A stretch of DNA of 54,200 bases, counting the filler, from Bipalium vagum (taxonomy: Eukaryota): NCBI GenBank assembly GCA_037834085.1. It is 3 parts of 3 records of this genome, joined end to end, with 100 filler letters (N's around TTAATTAATTAA, not from the genome) between each part and the next. Parts side by side here need not be neighbours in the genome. Positions count along the whole stretch, not along the records: positions 37,057 to 54,200 come from JBBMKC010076806.1; 2 more parts are not named here. One strand, 5' to 3'. Of the stretch, positions 50,910 through 54,200 are shown piece after piece. The first letter of the stretch is position 1, and each line of letters opens with the position of its first letter. Below the pieces are notes generated by a model, which was not told the origin of the DNA, did not search any database, and saw only the letters and a list, made by a program, of their open reading frames with translations. The translations under genes were made by a program, and so were the position numbers.

Positions 50910-52052
50910 ATGAATTGTTCATTGTCTATTTATGATGACAATAATGGTATACGAATTTTTTCCATTTTCTTTTATTCAATGCTCATCGTTGTTGGGACAT
51001 TCGGAAATATTGTCGCCGTTTTGGTGATACGAATTACCAAGAGCAAAGGAAATTCTCGAAACGTTTTCACAGCACTGGCAGCTGCCGACACGTTAACATT
51101 GTGGATCAACCCTATAAGGTATTGGATACTTCACGTTTTCAATTATGAAATTCGAACGTATACCAATGGAATGTGCAAATTTCACACCTTTGTCAGCTAT
51201 TCCTCAAGAGATATAGCCTCATGGATTTTGTGTCTGTTGACCTTTGAACGGTTTATTGCAGCTTTCGATCCGTATGAATCGAAAATCATATGGAGAGGAT
51301 ATAAAAAATATTTAACGTGGTTCATTATCATTGTGATATTGTTGGCAAAGAACTGTTCAGTCATATGGCATTTGGAGATAATATCTTCATATACACAATT
51401 GTGTTTGTGTGATACCCCTGACATATCATTCAGACATCGATTTTTTTATTTCGACATCATTGTATATAGCATTTTTCCATCGGTTCTCTTATTAATTTTC
51501 AATTTGGGCATTTTAAGAGCTTTGAAAAAAGCAAAGGTTCTTCGACTTGAAGCCTGTCAAGTCAATCAAAAGTCCCACTTATTTAAACAGGATTCCATTT
51601 GGAGGTATCGTTCAACGATCGAAGGTTACAAAGTACGGAAATGTCCCAACAAAAAAATGTCAAACCTTGCCAACCGTCTGTTAATTCCAGTGACCATTTT
51701 CCATTTGGTCACATCATTGCCGTTGTGTATATTTTCCATTTTAGAGGCCAATTTGGAATGGAAAAATAATAAAGATCGCATTTTCGTCCTTTCCATTCTC
51801 AACACGGGATCGCTTTTCGTCATGTTGACTTCGTGCAATAACGGAGTCAATTTCATTCTTTACTTTCTCAGTTCCGTGACATTTCGAAGGCATTCTAAGT
51901 TGGTCCTATTTAAATGGCTGAAATGTTGCGGCATTGTTACTTCTTCAGACAGAAATAGTAATGAATTCTTCAATAGTACACTGGTGTATCAAAGGTCACG
52001 GAACATCACCTGTAAGCATTCGACAAATGATGAACTGGAAACGAAATGTTAA
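50910..52052 (+). CDS. Intronless class A (rhodopsin-like) GPCR, FMRFamide/peptide-receptor-like orphan
   Basis: Seven hydrophobic segments; GN in TM1, LAAAD in TM2, CK at the top of TM3, ERF (DRY variant), P in TM5 and TM6, NNGVNFILY (NPxxY variant), FR helix 8 followed by CC; N-glycosylation site NCS. AATAAA at 52148. Confidence 0.93.
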   Translation: MNCSLSIYDDNNGIRIFSIFFYSMLIVVGTFGNIVAVLVIRITKSKGNSRNVFTALAAADTLTLWINPIRYWILHVFNYEIRTYTNGMCKFHTFVSYSSRDIASWILCLLTFERFIAAFDPYESKIIWRGYKKYLTWFIIIVILLAKNCSVIWHLEIISSYTQLCLCDTPDISFRHRFFYFDIIVYSIFPSVLLLIFNLGILRALKKAKVLRLEACQVNQKSHLFKQDSIWRYRSTIEGYKVRKCPNKKMSNLANRLLIPVTIFHLVTSLPLCIFSILEANLEWKNNKDRIFVLSILNTGSLFVMLTSCNNGVNFILYFLSSVTFRRHSKLVLFKWLKCCGIVTSSDRNSNEFFNSTLVYQRSRNITCKHSTNDELETKC

Positions 52053-52569
52053 ACGGTGTACTGTGGTGATATCCATTGATTCTAACGGTCATGTTCATTG
52101 TACATATTGAGGACCATGACAAGTGTTGAAACATGTTTTCATTTATAAATAAATGTTTTTTTTTCTTAAAATATGATCATAATAATAAAAAATAATAAAT
52201 CACCGTAAGATTATTATTATTATTAAATTATTACCTGTTCCATTACATTATCCTTAGCTCAATTTAACTTTAATACTCTTGTGAATTATTCTTTTTACAT
52301 ATTCTACACAGCTTTTCCAGGGTTCTTTACATAAAAACAACATTTTATTTTTATTGGAATATTTCTGAAACAGAAAAATCTATAATATGCAATGTATTTG
52401 GTGTAGCAGTTAATTCTACGGATTCCTTTGTTTTATATTTAAATCAACCCTCAGATTTTTTTGTAGAGTTAATTTATTTTATTTTTAAAACTTCGATATT
52501 TGCACTTTTCAAATTAACAAAAACACATAAATCAATAAACTGACCATTTTATATTTTCAGCATTTTATC

Positions 52570-53480
52570 ATGGCAATATCAGAGACATCCAAAGAAAATT
52601 CCACGTTGAACTATTCAATTTAAAGAGAACTCATTAAAAGACTCATTAAAGTCATTGTTTAATTTTGGAGACATGTGGTGACCTTTTTCCTTGTCAAGAC
52701 ACACTTGAACGATACGTCTATCAATTTAGAAAAGGCGATTTTGACAAGAGATAAGGAACGCAAGGTCAACAGAAAAAAATTGGAATACTAAGAATTGGAA
52801 GCCATCTTGGCAGAGGATAATACTCAAACACATAAGTAACTAGCTCAACAGTTAAATTTTTCTCAATGTGTCATTTTCGATCATTCACATAAAATGGAAA
52901 AGATTCAGGTTGAAGGAAAATGGATTTTATTTTAATTGAATGAAAGAATGATAGAGAAACGAAAAAAATTTGAAGAAAACAAAGTCATTTTTGGGTTACA
53001 TAATCAGACACGACAAAAATGAATTTACTTTAATAACCGTAAACGTAAAAGGGTTTATCAGGGACAGCCAGCAACTTCCATTCCAAAGCCCAATATTTAT
53101 GAACAGGAATCTATGCTCTGCATTTGATGAGAGTATACAGAATTGGTTTTCTACAAGATATTAAAACCTTGTGTAAAATGTGGACAATAATCGTTATGAA
53201 CAGCAATTACTGAAGCAAAAACAATCAGAATGGATTGGTGGACACGATAAAGTAGTTTTGTTGCATGACTATGCTTGATCTAATGTGGCTTAATCTGTCA
53301 ATTAATTGTTAGACGTAGTTGAATAGAATTTCTAACTTCATACATCATATTCTTCAGATTTCACTCAATCTGATTACTTCTTTTGTAGATATATGGCACA
53401 TGGTCCATGATAAACCTTTCCATAACTATAAAGAAATCAAAAATGTCCAAAGAAATAGATTTCGTCTAAAAAAGAAATAT
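52570..53480 (+). mobile_element. Decayed Mos1-like mariner
   Basis: QFRKGDFD...ELEAILAEDNTQT...KIQVEGKW...KVVLLHDYA...SYSSDFTQSDYFF; many stops. Confidence 0.75.
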
Positions 53481-53599
53481 TGTTAATTAAAATTTTATTC
53501 TGTTTTCAAAAATAAATGTGTTTAAGTTCTTAAAAATTACATGATAAAGGCATATTATGCTGATTGGTCGATAGGTATTGCGAACTATCAAAACTACAA

Positions 53600-53990
53600 T
53601 ACTAGTAGGTCGGGGTGACCTAACTATTTCAAGATAAAAATTGATTTTGTGTACGCACATTAATAAATTTGATCACTGAAAATAAATATTTCAAGCTCCA
53701 AGTTTCTATCTCAGTATAAAAATGAAAGTAACTCGGGATAATTTCAGTACTATGATATTTTGTGATTTTCGATAAAGATTATCTCAAGAACAATGTATCA
53801 ATCAGCTTTGTTCAAGTTTTAATAATGAAGCTCATTAAAAAGTAATTATATATCGCTCATTTAAAAAATTTTGTACTGTTAGTAGCTTACTTTAAGGAAG
53901 GCCATTCAAAATCAGTTGTGACTCCTGCAAACATCGATACCATCTAATAAATCTGTGGAGACTCAAAAGAAATTGAACTATTTAACATTT
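53600..53990 (+). mobile_element. Mariner (irritans-like) 5' fragment
   Basis: MKVTRDNFSTMIFCDFR*RLSQEQCINQL...EGHSKSVVTPANID. Confidence 0.7.
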
Positions 53991-54200
53991 AAAAAACAAT
54001 TCTGACAATTTTTGATCTTGGAACTTTTCATTTTTTTATTTGATTTTATCTTTGATTTTTATCTTTGTTCACTTGTATAAATGAGAGTTCCTAAAAAATA
54101 AATAAAATTTAGACCTAACAATTATTATTATTATTACTATTATTAATTAATTATTAAACAAAGAAAATATATAAAAAACAAACAATTGTACATAAAACTA

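Noticed and set aside
51197-51856. Antisense ORFs within the GPCR, and the alternative-frame ORFs in the ZF gene and mariners
   Set aside because: Shadow ORFs of real coding sequence.
53602-53626. TAGGTC/GACCTA hairpin next to CTAG (Helitron end?)
   Set aside because: Spacing is wrong for a Helitron end; it coincides with the likely 5' end of a mariner fragment.

Overview
AT-rich eukaryotic genomic DNA, most consistent with a planarian flatworm (inference from composition, very short introns, (ATT)n tracts, dense Tc1/mariner relics and GPCR type). Two artificial 100-bp spacers (N44-TTAATTAATTAA-N44) split the window into three blocks (1-15914, 16015-36956, 37057-54200), and there is one ordinary N gap. 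Genes: a complete 5-exon DEGS1/DES-like sphingolipid delta-4 desaturase (+, 2526-14952, 332 aa); a 3-finger C2H2 protein with a polyQ tail (+, ~25674-26837); the SH4/unique-SH3-SH2 and first kinase residues of a Src-family kinase (-, 36100-28767), whose remaining kinase exons I could not find; and an intronless class A peptide-type GPCR (+, 50910-52052). Much of the rest is decayed DNA transposons (mariner, Tc1/Tc3, rosa DD41D, a pogo end, mariner and piggyBac MITEs, one clean nested insertion). The most interesting signal is three dispersed tRNA-Ala-derived units (3246-3407, ~9259-9365, ~33993-34100). They share a non-canonical anticodon arm and have self-complementary flanks, and one copy interrupts a mariner ORF between diverged ~16-bp direct repeats, which points to a mobile tRNA-cored hairpin element.
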